A DNA stretch of 64,000 bases from Macrostomum lignano (GCA_002269645.1 NIVC01001532.1:124001-188000); one strand, 5' to 3'. Positions 21,690-34,824 are shown, counted from the stretch's first letter. The notes: generated from the sequence alone by a model not told the origin. A program made the numbers and translations.

Positions 21690-22940
21690 TTGAAAATGTG
21701 AGATTGAGATTGAGAGGGTCAGATTGAGTTTGAGATTGAGAGGGTGAGATTGAGAGTGCGAAATTGAAAGTATGAGATTGAGAGGGTCAGATTGAGTTTG
21801 AGATTGAGAGGGTGAGATTGAAAGTGCGAAATTGAAGTATGAGATTGAGAGGGTGAGATTGATATTGAAAATGTGAGATTGAGATTGAGAGGGTGAGATT
21901 GAGATTGAGAGGGTGAGATTGAGATTGAAAATGTGAGATTGAGATTGAGAGGGTCAGATTGAGTTTGAGATTGAGAGGGTGAGATTGAGATTGAAAATGT
22001 GAGATTGAGAGGGTCAGATTGAGTTTGAGATTGAGAGGGTGAGATTGAGATTGAAAATGTGAGATTGAGATTGAGAGGGTCAGATTGAGTTTGAGATTGA
22101 GAGGGTGAAATTGAGATTGAAAATGTGAGATTGAGATTGAGAGGGTCAGATTGAGTTTGAGATTGAGAGGGTGAGATTGAGATTGAAAATGTGAGATTGA
22201 GATTGAGAGGGTCAGATTGAGTTTGAGATTGAGAGGGTGAGATTGAGATTGAAAATGTGAGATTGAGATTGAGAGGGTCAGATTGAGTTTGAGATTGAGA
22301 GGGTGAAATTGAGATTGAAAATGTGAGATTGAGATTGAGAGGGTCAGATTGAGTTTGAGATTGAGAGGGTGAGATTGAGATTGAAAATGTGAGATTGAGA
22401 TTGAGAGGGTCAGATTGAGTTTGAGATTGAGAGGGTGAGATTGAGATTGAAAATGTGAGATTGAGATTGAGAGGGTCAGATTGAGTTTGAGATTGAGAGG
22501 GTGAAATTGAGATTGAAAATGTGAGATTGAGATTGAGAGGGTCAGATTGAGTTTGAGATTGAGAGGGTGAAATTGAGATTGAAAATGTGAGATTGAGATT
22601 GAGAGGGTCAGATTGAAAGTGTAAGTTTGAGATTGAAAATGTGAGATTGAGATTGAGAGGGTCAGATTGAAAGTGTAAGTTTGAGATTGAAAATGTGAGA
22701 TTGAGATTGAGAGGGTCAGATTGAAAGTGTAAGTTTGAGATTGAAAATGTGAGATTGAGATTGAGAGGGTCAGATTGAAAGTGTAAGTTTGAGATTGAAA
22801 ATGTGAGATTGAGATTGAGAGGGTCAGATTGAAAGTGTAAGTTTGAGATTGAAAATGTGAGATTGAGATTGAGAGGGTCAGATTGAAAGTGTAAGTTTGA
22901 GATTAAAATTAAAAATGTGAGCTTGAAAGTGAGATTGAGA
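21690..22940. repeat. GAGATT-based complex satellite with 66-bp then 54-bp higher-order units
   Basis: Hexamer variants GAGATT/GAGAGG/GAAAAT/GAGTTT; 66-bp period at about 21960-22600, 54-bp period at about 22610-22900. Confidence 0.92.
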
Positions 22941-23589
22941 AGGGATTGAGATTATGAAGAGTTCGCTTTAGCACACTAGAGAAAGAGAGAGGGGAAAGGA
23001 GAGAGAGAGAGAGAGTTAAGTCTAGTGTCTAAACGCTCGAACTCCCACTTCCAGACACTTAAGCCTGGGAACAAAATCAGTGATCACTTACTGTTGCGGG
23101 CTCCTCTTCTTTGTCGCGCGTGTCTGCTGAGCTCACCTTCTTAAGTCCGCTTCCTCCGGAGTAGTCTTCTTGAAGTCCTTGAAGTCCAAAATCGGCCGAA
23201 TGTGAGAGTGTAACAATCCGTCGAAGTATTCCTCGAGTGCAAAAGTCAAATTGGACAATAACAGCCGGCAATAAAATCGCTCAATTAATCGAAATAACGA
23301 AGACTTGAACAACGCTTATCTATTGATAATATTATCTCTCAGAGATATAGCCTCGGTTAGCTGCTCTGGCAAAACACAAGATCTTTTGAGGCTGCTCCGA
23401 GTCTGAGATTTCAGCTCGGATTTTGGTTTGTATTTATAGACAATTTTTTGGTACATGACTCATATTTCATCATCAGTGGTAAGATGACTCATCTTTCATC
23501 ATAAGTCGCAACATGATTCATCTTCCCTCATCGTTTTGCTACGCATGTTTACATTAGTCTACTCACAGTAGCATCTTATGATACTCTAC

Positions 23590-25390
23590 AATTAAGAGTG
23601 TGAGATTGAGAGGCAGAGATTGAAATTGTGAGATTGAGAGGGTCAGATTGAGAGTGCGAGATTGAGCGGGTGAGATTGAGATTGATAGTTTGAGATTGAG
23701 ATTGAAAATGTGAGATTGAGATTGAGAGGGTGAGATTGAGATTGAAAATGTGAGATTGAGATAGAGAGGGTGAGATTGAGATTGAAAATGATAGATTGAG
23801 AGGGTGAGATTAAGAGTGTGAGATTGAGAGGAGGAGATTGAAATTGTGAGATTGAGAGGGTCAGATTGAAAGTGTGAGATTGTGCGGGTGAGATTGAGAG
23901 TGAGATTGAGATTGAAAATGTGAGATTGAGATTGAAAATGTGAGATTGAGATTTAGAGTGTGAGATTGAGATTGAGAGTGTGAGATTGAGATTGAGAGTT
24001 TGAGATTTAGATTGAGAGTGTGAGATTTAGATTGAGAGTTTGAGATTGAGAGTGTGAGAATGAGATTGAAAATGTGAGATTGAGATTGAGAGGGTGAGAT
24101 TGAAAGTGTGAGATTGAGAGGGTGAGATTGAAAGTGTGAGATTGAGAGGGTCAGATTGAGAGTGCGAGATTGAGAGGGTGAGATTGAGATTGAAAATGTG
24201 AGATTGAGATTGAGAGGGTGAGATTGAAAGTGTGAGATTGAGAGGGTGATATTGAGAGTGTGAGAAAAAAGCGGTTGAGATTGAGAGTGTGAGATTGAGA
24301 GTTTGAGATTGAGAATGTGAGATTGAGATTGAAAATGTGAGATTGTGATTGAGAGGGTGAGATTGAGATTGAAAATGTGAGATTGAGATTGAGAGGGTGA
24401 GATTGAAAGTGTGAGATTGAGAGGGTGAGATTGAGAGTGTGAGATAAAGCGGGTGAGATTGAGATTGAAAGTTTGAGATTGAGAGGGTGAGATTGAGATT
24501 GAAAATTTGAGATTGAGAGTGTGAGATTGAGATTGAGAGTGTGAGATTGAGAGTGTGAGATTGAGAGTGTGAGATTGAGATTGAGAGGGTGAGATTGAGA
24601 TTGAAAATGTGAGATTGAGATTTAGAGTGTGAGATTGAGATTGAGAGTGTGAGATTGAGATTGAGAGTTTGAGATTTTGATTGAGAGTGTGAGATTTAGA
24701 TTGAGAGTTTGAGATTGAGAGGGTGAGAATGAGATTGAAAATGTGAGATTGAGATTGAGAGGGTGAGATTGAGATTGAAAATGTGAGATTGAGATTGAGA
24801 GGGTGAGATTGAAAGTGTGAGATTGAGATTGAGAGGGTGAGATTGAAAGTGTGAGATTGAGAGGGTGAGATTGAGAGTGTGAGATAAAGCGGGTGAGATT
24901 GAGAGTGTGAGATCGAGATTGAAAGTTTGAGATTGAGATTGAGAGGGTGAGATTGAGATTGAGAGTGTGAGATTGAGATTGAGAGTTTGAGATTTAGATT
25001 GAGAGTGTGAGATTTAGATTGAGAGTTTGAGATTGAGAGGGTGAGAATGAGATTGAAAATGTGAGATTGAGATTGAGAGGGTGAGATTGAGATTGAGAAT
25101 GTGAGATTGAGATTGAGAGGGTGAGATTGAAAGTGTGAGATTGAGAGGGTGAGATTGAGAGTGTGAGATAAAGCGGGTGAGATTGAGAGTGTGAGATTGA
25201 GATTGAAAGTTTGAGATTGAGAGGGTGAGATTGAGATTGAAAATGTGAGATTGAGATTGAGAGTGTGAGATTGAGAGTGTGAGATTGAGATTGAGATTGA
25301 GAGTTTGAGATTCAGAGGGTGAGATTGAGATTGAAAATGTGAGATTGAGATTGAGAGTATGAGATTGAGATTGAGAGGGTGAGATTGAAA
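23590..25390. repeat. GAGATT-based complex satellite, second block
   Basis: Same hexamer family, less regular. Confidence 0.92.
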
Positions 25391-25939
25391 TGAGTATGCA
25401 ACCGAGGAGCGAATTGTTCCGGACCCGTCTAAAAAGCACTATCCTGAGCGCTGCCCAGTAAGGATCAAGGATCTGCAGTTCTAATTGCAGGTATAGGAGC
25501 TACTCCTATAAGATGCCATCCTCTTGACGCTCGAAAGCAGTTAATTATCAGTCAATTCAATCAAATATATCTAAAATTATTATTAGGATATTAGCCTTCA
25601 GGCAAAATTGGGCGTTGCCAAACGTTTTGTCTTCTTTGTCTAACGACCGCGTGCAGACGGTGAGCATTTGCGGAATGAATAGCTAAAATTTCTATACTTC
25701 ACAACATTGTTGCCGTTTTTGTCCGTTGACTTGCCTAGCAGCCAATCAATGCTCCTTGGAGCTGTACTTTTGCCTTCCATTCTGCTCAGATTTTGACGGG
25801 CGTTGCAGTGGAAGGATTCTAATAAACTGTTTCGTTTGCTATTGTCTCAGGTGTTAACATCACCTTGGATACCTGCATACTGGCTGCAGTCTCAGAGTTA
25901 AAGCGAAAATGCTGCGTCTCTATGGCAAGGTTAGATCGA

Positions 25940-26770
25940 GTGAGATTGAGATAGGCGAGACTGGAACTCAGAGGAGTGAGACTGGAACACAGAGGAGTGA
26001 GACTGGAACACAGAGGAGTGAGACTGGAACACAGAGGAGTGAGACTGGAACTCAGAGGAGTGAGACTGGAACACAGAGGAGTGAGACTGGAACACAGAGG
26101 AGTGAGACTGGAACACAGAGGAGTGAGACTGGAACTCAGAGGAGTGAGACTGGAACACAGAGGAGTGAGATTGAGATAGAGATGGTGATGGTGATATTGA
26201 AATAGACAGGGGGAAATAGATAGAGGATGAGATTGAGACAGTGGGGGGTGAGATTGAGATAGAGATGGTGATGGTGATATTGAAATAGACAGGGGGAAAT
26301 AGATAGAGGATGAGATTGAGACAGTGGGGGGTGAGATTGAGATAGAGGCGGTGAGATTGAGATAGAAATGGTGAGATTGAGATAGAGGCGGTGAGATTGA
26401 GATAGAAATGGTGAGATTGAGATAGAGGCGGTGAGATTGAGATAGAAATGGTGAGATTGAGATAGAGGCGGTGAGATTAAGATAGAAATGGTGAGATTGA
26501 GATAGAAATAGTGAGATTGAGATAGAGGCGATGAGATTAAGATAGAGAGGTTGAGATTGAGATAGAAATGGTGAGATTGAGATAGAGGCGGTAAGATTGA
26601 GATAGAGAGGGTGAGATTAAGATAGAAATTGTGAGATTGAGATAGAGGCGGTGAGATTAAGATAAAGAGGTTGAGATTGAGATAGAAATGGTGAGATTAA
26701 GATAGAGAGTGTGAGATTAAGATAGAAATGGTGAGATTGAGATAGAAATGGTGAGATTGACATATGAAAA
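25940..26770. repeat. 21-bp (GAGTGAGACTGGAACACAGAG) then 20-bp (GTGAGATTGAGATAGAAATG) minisatellites
   Basis: Tandem units; related to the GAGATT satellite. Confidence 0.9.
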
Positions 26771-27314
26771 GGTGGGATTAAGATAGGATAAGAATAGGAT
26801 TTATTTTTATCGTTAAAATTCAACATCCGCTTGTTCTCCCATTTTTAAAAGTTAGAGAATAAATTCTAGCCAGCTCTGAGGCATAGGAAGCATCTGTACT
26901 TGAATAATTGAAACAGAATAATTGAAGGGTAGTGAAAGCAAAAAAGGCACATTGCCTGTAAATATAAGAGGCAGGCAAACACAGATAAGCTGGTTTCTCA
27001 TAACGGCATGCGATGCCCCGAAGTCAGGGAAACCCCAAATACATGGCAATCAATCCAAGGCAGTCACAGTCAGTCTACACAGATTTCGTCCAAATACAAC
27101 ATCTGTCAGAGAACTGGTTGCCATGCTGCTCAGACCGCCAAGCGAGTGAGCAGTGTAATAAAAATATAGCCTATGCAGACTCCAAACTGCATCACGCGAC
27201 CCAGTTATGGTCGGGACTATCGTAGAATAAGTTTTTCTCTCGCTTCGGTGTGGAAGCTGGTTAATGATGCATGATTTACAGGTAAGAGATGCACTGCACT
27301 GCTAGCTGTCAGCT

Positions 27315-27820
27315 GAGGTGGGGAATCTAGTATAGGAGAGATGGGAATCTAGTATAGGGGAGGTGGGGAATCTAGTATAGGGGAGGTGGGAATCTAGTAT
27401 AGGGGAGATGGGGAATCTAGTATAGGGGAGATGGGGAATCTAGTATAGGGGAGATGGGGAATCTAGTATAGGGGAGGTGGGGAATCTAGTATAGGGGAGA
27501 TGGGGAATATACTATAGGGGAGGTGGGGAATCTAGTATAGGGGAGATGGGGAATCTAGTATAGGGGAGATGGGGAATCTAGTATAGGGGAGGTGGGGAAT
27601 CTAGTATAGGGGAGATGGGGAATCTAGTATAGGGGAGATGGGGAATCTAGTATAGGGGAGATGGGGAATATACTATAGGGGAGGTGGGGAATCTAGTATA
27701 GGGGAGATGGGGAATCTAGTATAGGGGAGGTGGGGAATCTAGTATAGGGGAGATGGGGAATCTAGTATAGGGGAGATGGGGAATCTAGTATAGGGGAGAT
27801 GGGGAATCTAGTATAGGGGA
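27315..27820 (+). repeat. 23-bp G-rich minisatellite (GGGGAATCTAGTATAGGGGAGAT)
   Basis: Tandem units; reverse complement of the 31640-32255 array. Confidence 0.95.
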
Positions 27821-28249
27821 ATTTCACCGAAAACGCACAGAGATGGTAGGAAAAATCGCAGCAAAAGAAAATGCGCAAAAGACAGCGATGGAGAACAAGA
27901 ACATGGCTGAATGGCCACTGCAGGGACTGAGTCCGCTCGGCCGAGTTGCTGGGGAAGTAATTGCCCCGAGAGGCGGGGTTCTCTGCCCGGATCCCAGTTT
28001 GTACCGACGGGGCGGGACGAGAAAAAGTTGGACATGAGGAGCTCCGGCGACGGCCAGTTAAGCCGGCCAAGCAGACCAAACTTATTAACGACTTGGCCAG
28101 CTGGGGCTGACGGCTGGAAATTGAGGCTGGGCCGGGGGATTAGCGGCCGCCCTCATCCCGGAGGAGCGTGGCCGCCCCGCTCCGGTCTGACTTTGATGGG
28201 CTGAGGAAACTTGCCTGATCGGTTTGGTGCTGTCCTGGATCTCCTGTCT

Positions 28250-28348
28250 GCTATCTATCTATCTATCTATCTATCTGTCTATCTATCTATTTATCTATCT
28301 ATCTATTTATCTATCTGTCTATCTATCTATCTATCTATCTATTTATCC

Positions 28349-28384
<36 letters not shown>

Positions 28385-28385
28385 G

Positions 28386-28424
<39 letters not shown>

Positions 28425-28425
28425 G

Positions 28426-28514
<89 letters not shown>

Positions 28515-28520
28515 TTATCC

Positions 28521-28554
<34 letters not shown>

Positions 28555-28560
28555 TTATCC

Positions 28561-28596
<36 letters not shown>

Positions 28597-28597
28597 G

Positions 28598-28675
<78 letters not shown>

Positions 28676-28680
28676 ATCTA
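28250..28680. repeat. (TATC)n microsatellite
   Basis: Direct. Confidence 0.98.
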
Positions 28681-29096
28681 CCATCTACAGGTCTTACTGA
28701 AAACGCAGTCTCATGTGGCATTCGCAAAGCTGGGGGATGCGTAATGAAATGAAATTTATTATTTACAACAGCTGATTAAATAATCCTAGAACAGTTTTCC
28801 CTCGAGAGTCGGCTGCGATGACATCAAGCTTAGCATTCGGTTGAGATTAAATTTAAAGATTTATGCAACACTGCACGGAATAATACAGCAATTTTGCTTG
28901 ACATGCTTGCCGCTATCAAACGGAATTTGCTGAGCAATTCTATAAAGCGGAGCGAATGGTCTCGCGGCAGTCGCAGTGCAACGCAGATATGAATAAATTT
29001 CCAAGAAAAAGACTTTGCGTTCTATTAATAGTGATGTTTTTATCTTCTTCAAATACTTCACACTTTGCTATCTTCTATCGGTGGTTCAGGACTGCA

Positions 29097-30215
29097 TGTC
29101 TTTCAGTGGGTGAAGTGTGTCTTTCAGTGGGTGAAGTGTGTCTTTCAGTGGGTGAAGTGTGTCTTTCAGTGGGTGAAGTGTGTCTTTCAGTGGGTGAAGT
29201 GTGTCTTTCAGTGGGTGAAGTGTGTCTTTCAGTGGGTGAAGTGTGTCTTTCAGTGGGTGAAGTGTGTCTTTCAGTGGGTGGAGTGTGTCTTTCAGTGGGT
29301 GGAGTGTGTCTTTCAGTGGGTGGAGTGTGTCTTTCAGTGGGTGAAGTGTGTCTTTCAGTGGGGGAAGTGTGTCTTTCAGTGGGTGAAGTGTGTCTTTAGA
29401 TGGGTGGAGTGTGTCTTTCAGTGGGTGAAGTGTGTCTTTAGATGGGTGAAGTGTGTCTTTCAGTGGGTGAAGTGTGTCTTTAGATGGGTGAAGTGTGTCT
29501 TTCAGTGGGTGAAGTGTGTCTTTCAGTGGGTGAAGTGTGTCTTTCAGTGGGTGAAGTGTGTCTTTCAGTGGGTGAAGTGTGTCTTTCAGTGGGTGGAGTG
29601 TGTCTTTCAGTGGGTGGAGTGTGTCTTTCAGTGGGTGAAGTGTGTCTTTCAGTGGGTGAAGTGTGTCTTTCAGTGGGTGAAGTGTGTCTTTCAGTGGGTG
29701 AAGTGTGTCTTTCAGTGGGTGAAGTGTGTCTTTCAGTGGGTGAAGTGTGTCTTTCAGTGGGTGAAGTGTGTCTTTCAGTGGGTGAAGTGTGTCTTTCAGT
29801 GGGTGAAGTGTGTCTTTCAGTGGGTGGAGTGTGTGTTTCAGTGGGTGGAGTGTGTCTTTCAGTGGGTGAAGTGTGTCTTTCAGTGGGTGGAGTGTGTCTT
29901 TCAGTGGGTGGAGTGTGTCTTTCAGTGGGTGAAGTGTGTCTTTCAGTGGGTGGAGTGTGTCTTTCAGTGGGTGGAGTGTGTCTTTCAGTGGGTGGAGTGT
30001 GTCTTTCAGTGGGTGGAGTGTGTCTTTCAGTGGGTGAAGTGTGTCTTTCAGTGGGTGGAGTGTGTCTTTCAGTGGGTGGAGTGTGTCTTTCAGTGGGTGG
30101 AGTGTGTCTTTCAGTGGGTGAAGTGTGTCTTTCAGTGGGTGGAGTGTGTCTTTCAGTGGGTGAAGTGTGTCTTTCAGTGGGTGAAGTGTGTCTTTCAGTG
30201 GGTGAAGTGTGTCCT
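29097..30215. repeat. 21-bp minisatellite (GTGTGTCTTTCAGTGGGTGAA)
   Basis: About 50 near-identical units ending about 35 nt beyond the PTB-gene stop. Confidence 0.97.
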
Positions 30216-30247
30216 TCCGTCGGTCAAGTCTGTCTGCGGATTCCAGA

Positions 30248-30524
30248 TCAGGCCTCTTCAATCTCATTTGTGACCGCGCCCAATTTTACAACTCTCCTAG
30301 ATGAAGCATCTCCGGCTTCACTCTGCTGCTTTTGCTCCAGACGCTGCTGCTGCTGCTGTTGCTGTTGCTGCTTTCGTCTGGCTGCCAAAGCAGCAGCCTT
30401 TGTCTGATTCACGGACGAGCTGAAGGCCAGCCGAGCCGCCAGCACCAGACTGTGGCAGTCGGAGACGCTGGCGCACAGGAAGACGTGGCATGTCGGGTTC
30501 ATGGCGACTGTTCTCGCTGGTTGC

Positions 30525-30557
<33 letters not shown>

Positions 30558-31075
30558 ACCGCCGAAGATTTCACGGCGATCTCCACGGAAACCAGACAGA
30601 ACAGTCTTGGCATTCTGGTCTCCATAGCTACGTAGGATATAGTTTCGATTGGATGGAAGGTGGAGGAACCGGATTGTTGATCTTCAACGCTCAGACCGTG
30701 CGGTAGGACCGTCAGCTGCACTCTGGGCAGCTGAGTCGCCGGCTTGCCCGACGCCTGGCTGCTGCGCCTCAGCCGAGCCACCGCCTTGGCCAGCTGGTCA
30801 ACCGGGCCTCGGACACTGTCCGAGCCCCCGATGCCGGCCGCCGGAGCGAAGCCAAGTCGTTTAACAACGCTGACCGTCGGCAGGGTGACCTCTGCCGAAT
30901 CCTTCAGCTGCTCGGAGGCAGCAGAGGCAGCTCCTTGAACTGATTCTGCTGGCGATGACTCCGCAAGCAGAAACTCATTGAAGTATTCATCTTCATCAAT
31001 ATCGTCTGCAGCTTCTGGTTCAAGGTGTCCTTCAGACATGTTTCCGCGGACTTCTGGAATTGAGTCCGCCAGGTC
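30248..31075 (-). CDS. PTB/PID (phosphotyrosine-interaction) domain adaptor protein, terminal exon
   Basis: Acceptor CAATAG|GAC at 31075 is in frame with ORF 30248-31039. PTB pattern: VVKRLG...LPRVQLTVLPHGLSVED...FHPIETISYVA...LFCLV...CHVFLC...LVLAARLAF. PolyQ runs. Upstream exons not identified. Confidence 0.75.
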
Positions 31076-31639
31076 CTATTGTCCAACTGGTTTTATATTC
31101 CACTCTCAGCTCTCCCTTTCTCTCTCTCTCTCTCACTTCGCCCCGGCTCCTCAATACTTGAGCAGTTCCTGAGTAGGGGGCAGGCGGTGTGTCCAAAATA
31201 GAAAAAATGACCAAAACAGCCATTCCTGCATGCGTAGTTCCCTCAACTTGGTAAAGTCCTTTCTTTCAGAGCGTGCTAAACATGAAGTTGCACAGCACAG
31301 GGTCTGAGAACAGCCCACGCATGAGGTGACTAAGAAGGAGATTAACACTGTGAAAATTCCCGCGAAAATGACCAAAAAACTATATTTTCATGCTCACGAC
31401 CGACCATATTCTACAGAGGTTGATCGTGTGGCAAACAGGCAAGCTGTGAGAAATTATTATAATTTATTGCGATTAAGGTGAGCTTTTTTGCAAGTCATAA
31501 AACTGCAGCGAGAATGACTTTGGCTTAGGTGGCATTACCTTGAGTTACAGAATTAATTTACATATTTTGCATACTGAATCAGTGCATGCGGATTGCTGAT
31601 TGCTCAAGCTTAACTTCCATTTCTCACCGACCTATATAG

Positions 31640-32255
31640 ATTCCCCATCTCCCCTATACTAGATCCCCCATCTCCCCTATACTAGATTCCCAATCTCCCT
31701 TATACTAGATTCCCCATCTCCCGTATACTAGATCCCCCATCTCCCCTATACTAGATTCCCCATCTCCCCTATACTAGATTCCCCATCTCCCTTATACTAG
31801 ATTCCCCATCTCCCTATACTAGATTCCCCATCTCCCCTATACTAGATTCCCCCATCTCCCCTATACTAGATTCCCCAGCTCCCCTTATACTACAGTAACC
31901 ATCTCCCCTATACTACATTCCCCATCTCCTCTATACTAGATTCTACTTCTCCCCTATACTAGATTCCCCATCTCCCCTATACTAGATTCCCCATCTCCCC
32001 TATACTAGATTCCCCATCTCCTCTATACTAGATTCCCTACCTCCCCTATACTAGATTCCCCATCTCCCCAATACTAGATTCCCCACCTCCCCTATACTAG
32101 ATTCCCCATCGCCCCCTATACTAGATTCCCCAGCTCTCCTATACTAAATTCCCCATCACCCCTTATACTAGATTCCCTACCTCCCCTATACTAGATTCCC
32201 CATCTCCCCAATACTATAGATTCCCCACCTCCCCTATACTAGATTCCCCATCTCA
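31640..32255 (-). repeat. 23-bp minisatellite (ATCTCCCCTATACTAGATTCCCC), inverted relative to 27315-27820
   Basis: Tandem units, more degenerate. Confidence 0.95.
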
Positions 32256-33965
32256 ATACCAATGTCACGGAGATTCAAACAGGCTTCCAGATTGAAACTT
32301 TCCCATGGATACAGAATAAAAAAATATTTTTAAAAATCCGATGCGAGTTTTAATCCCTTGCCTAGCCACTGAGTGCGTTTGCCACTTTTTTGTCACTAGC
32401 CAAGGTGGCACTACTTTGCTCAGGAAATCTGCTTCGAGAAGAGAAAAAAATCGTATAAAAAGTACAAATTAAAGGAATCGACTCGGAGAGTGGTGGGCCC
32501 GCTCACTTCCGAAATTCGGCACGCCAATCTTATTTCATAAGCAGATGCCAGTCTGCAAAGGCAAATATAAATTTAACTCGCATACTGTGTGGCTGACAGC
32601 CGCCTTGTTATATTCGAATGTCTTTTTTGTAGTCCTGCCGTACAGAGGGTGATGCGTAACCTCAGACTGCATGCCTGCATCCACAGGGTATCCTGGATTT
32701 GCACTTTTGTCTACCTCCCTGGTTCTCCCTCTACCTCAATACCTCCCCTCTTTCCACCGCCCCCTCCCCTCACTCTCCCTCTAACTCCCCCACTCACTCT
32801 CACTCTTACTCTCACTCTCACTCTCCCTCTCACTCTCTCACTCTCCTCCCTCTCCCTCTTCCTCTTCCTCTCCATCTCCCTCTCTCTCTCCCTCTCTCTC
32901 CCTCTCCCTCTCTCTCCCTCTCCCTCTCTCTCTCTCCTCTCTCTCCCTCTCCCCTCTCTCTCTCCCTCTCTTTCTCTCTCCTCTCTCTCCCTCTCTCTCC
33001 TCTCTCTCCCTCTCCCTCTCTCTCCCTCTCCCTCTCTCTCTCCTCTCTCTCCCTCTCCCCTCTCTCCCTCTCCCTCTCCCTCTCTCTCCCTCTCCCCCTC
33101 TCTCCCTCTCCTCTCTCTCCCTCTCCCCCTCTCTCCTCTCCCTCTCTTTCTCTCTCCTCTCTCTCCCTCTCCCCCTCTCTCCCTCTCCCTCTCTTTCTCT
33201 CTCCTCTCTCTCCCTCTCCCCCTCTCTCCTCTCCTCTCTCTCCCTCTCCCCCTCTCTCTCTCCTCTCTCCCTCTCCTTCTCTTTCTCTCTCCTCTCTCTC
33301 CCTCTCCCCCTCTCTCCCTCTCCTCTCTCTCCTCTCTCTCCTCTCCCCCTCTCTCCTCTCCCTCTCTTTCTCTCTCCTCTCTCTCCCTCTCCCCTCTCTC
33401 CCTCTCCTCTCTCTCCCTCTCCCCCTCTCTCCCTCTCCTCTCTCTCCCTCTCCTTCTCTTTCTCTCTCCTCTCTCTCCCTCTCCCCCTCTCTCCCTCTCC
33501 CTCTCCCTCTCTCTCCCTATCCCCCTCTCTCTCTCTCCCTCTCCCCCTCTCTCCCTCTCCCTCTCTTTCTCTCTCCTCTCTCTCCCTCTCCCCCTCTCTC
33601 CCTCTCCTCTCTCTCCCTCTCCCCCTCTCTCCCTCTCCTCTCTCTCCCTCTCCTTCTCTTTCTCTCTCCTCTCTCTCCCTCTCCCCCTCTCTCCCTCTCC
33701 TCTCTCTCCTCTCTCTCCCTCTCCCCCTCTCTCCCTCTCCCTCTCTTTCTCTCTCCTCTCTCTCCCTCTCCCCCTCTCTCCCTCTCCTCTCTCTCCCTCT
33801 CCCCCTCTCTCCCTCTCCTCTCTCTCCCTCTCCCCCTCTCTCCCTCTCCTCTCTCTCCCTCTCCCTCTCTTTCTCTCTCCTCTCTCTCCCTCTCCCCCTC
33901 TCTCCCTCTCCTCTCTCTCCCTCTCCCCCTCTCTCCCTCTCCTCTCTCTCCCTCTACCCCTCTCT

Positions 33966-34540
33966 CCAAGCCTTTTATTGCTCCTTTCTTAGAAATTTTT
34001 TTATTCTCATCGCTAGCCCAAGCACAGCTTTTGTATATTCTCAGCATTTATTCTGCATCAACATTTCTATTGTTTCTTGACACCCTGTACTTTTTTATTA
34101 CTCTTTACTTTTACTCTTTGAGGGCCTTTTTCACCTTTTTTATTTATTGAGGTCCATTTTGTAAAGTGCTTAGTATCACTATTTCCCCTTTTTGGACACC
34201 GGTGCAGTTGCACCACTCCATTATTTATTTCGTGTGTAGGATCGCTGCAGCCCACGTGCGGTTCACTTTATTTGTGCACTGTTTTTTATTTTGCATTTTC
34301 AACTCTAATAGTGTTTTATCGACTCACACCAAGTGTACATACCGTACGCTCTCTATCTACCTGTCTACTCTCTCTCCCCTCTAACCCGCCTATTTAATAA
34401 CTTTTACAACACCACTTGTCGCTACTTTTCACTTGCCCTGACGAAGAATTTACCTAATTCGAAATATCGGCAACTTAAATCAACTTGACTTGTTTGTCCT
34501 TTTTACATGTACCGCGTCCGTGCCTGAGATTGGAGGCGCC
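33966..34540 (+). mobile_element. 3' end of a Penelope-like element (non-coding) with intact hammerhead
   Basis: Unique AT-rich insert in a CT tract, ending with a hammerhead plus about 65 nt. Confidence 0.65.
34433..34473 (+). ncRNA. Minimal type I hammerhead ribozyme (PLE type)
   Basis: TTGCC-CTGACGA-A-GAATT-TACCT-AATTC-GAAA-T-A-TC-GGCAA. Stem I is TTGCC/GGCAA, stem II is GAATT/AATTC, and the minimal stem III is GAAAY-RUH. Predicted cleavage after AUC at 34468. Confidence 0.85.
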
Positions 34541-34824
34541 CTCCTCTCTCTCTCTTTCCCTCTCTCCCCCTCTCTCCCTCTCCTCTCTCCCTCTCCTCTC
34601 TCTCCCTCTCCTCTCTCTCCCTCTCCCCTCTCTCCCTCTCCCTCTCCCCCTCTCCTCTCCTCTCTCTCCCTCTACCCCTCTCTCCCTCTCCCCCTCTCTC
34701 CCTCTCCCCCTCTCTCCCTCTCCTCTCTCTCCCTCTACCCCTCTCTCCCTCTCCCCCTCTCTCCCTCTCCCTATCCTGTCTCTCTCTTGCTTTTTTTCTC
34801 CCTCTCCCTCTCTCCCTCAACCCC

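Noticed and set aside
25490-28750. Plus-strand splice-like signals (25602-25659, 25851-25929, 27226-27281, 28691 onward)
   Set aside because: Joining them gives in-frame stops in every combination tried. A spliced non-coding RNA cannot be excluded without RNA data.
29065-30407. Long ORFs (402, 393, 307 aa) and similar repeat ORFs at 32589-36415, 41838-47236, 53158-54450, 57834-58800 and 62171-62800
   Set aside because: Translations of micro- or minisatellites, open in several frames and on both strands, with no domain content.
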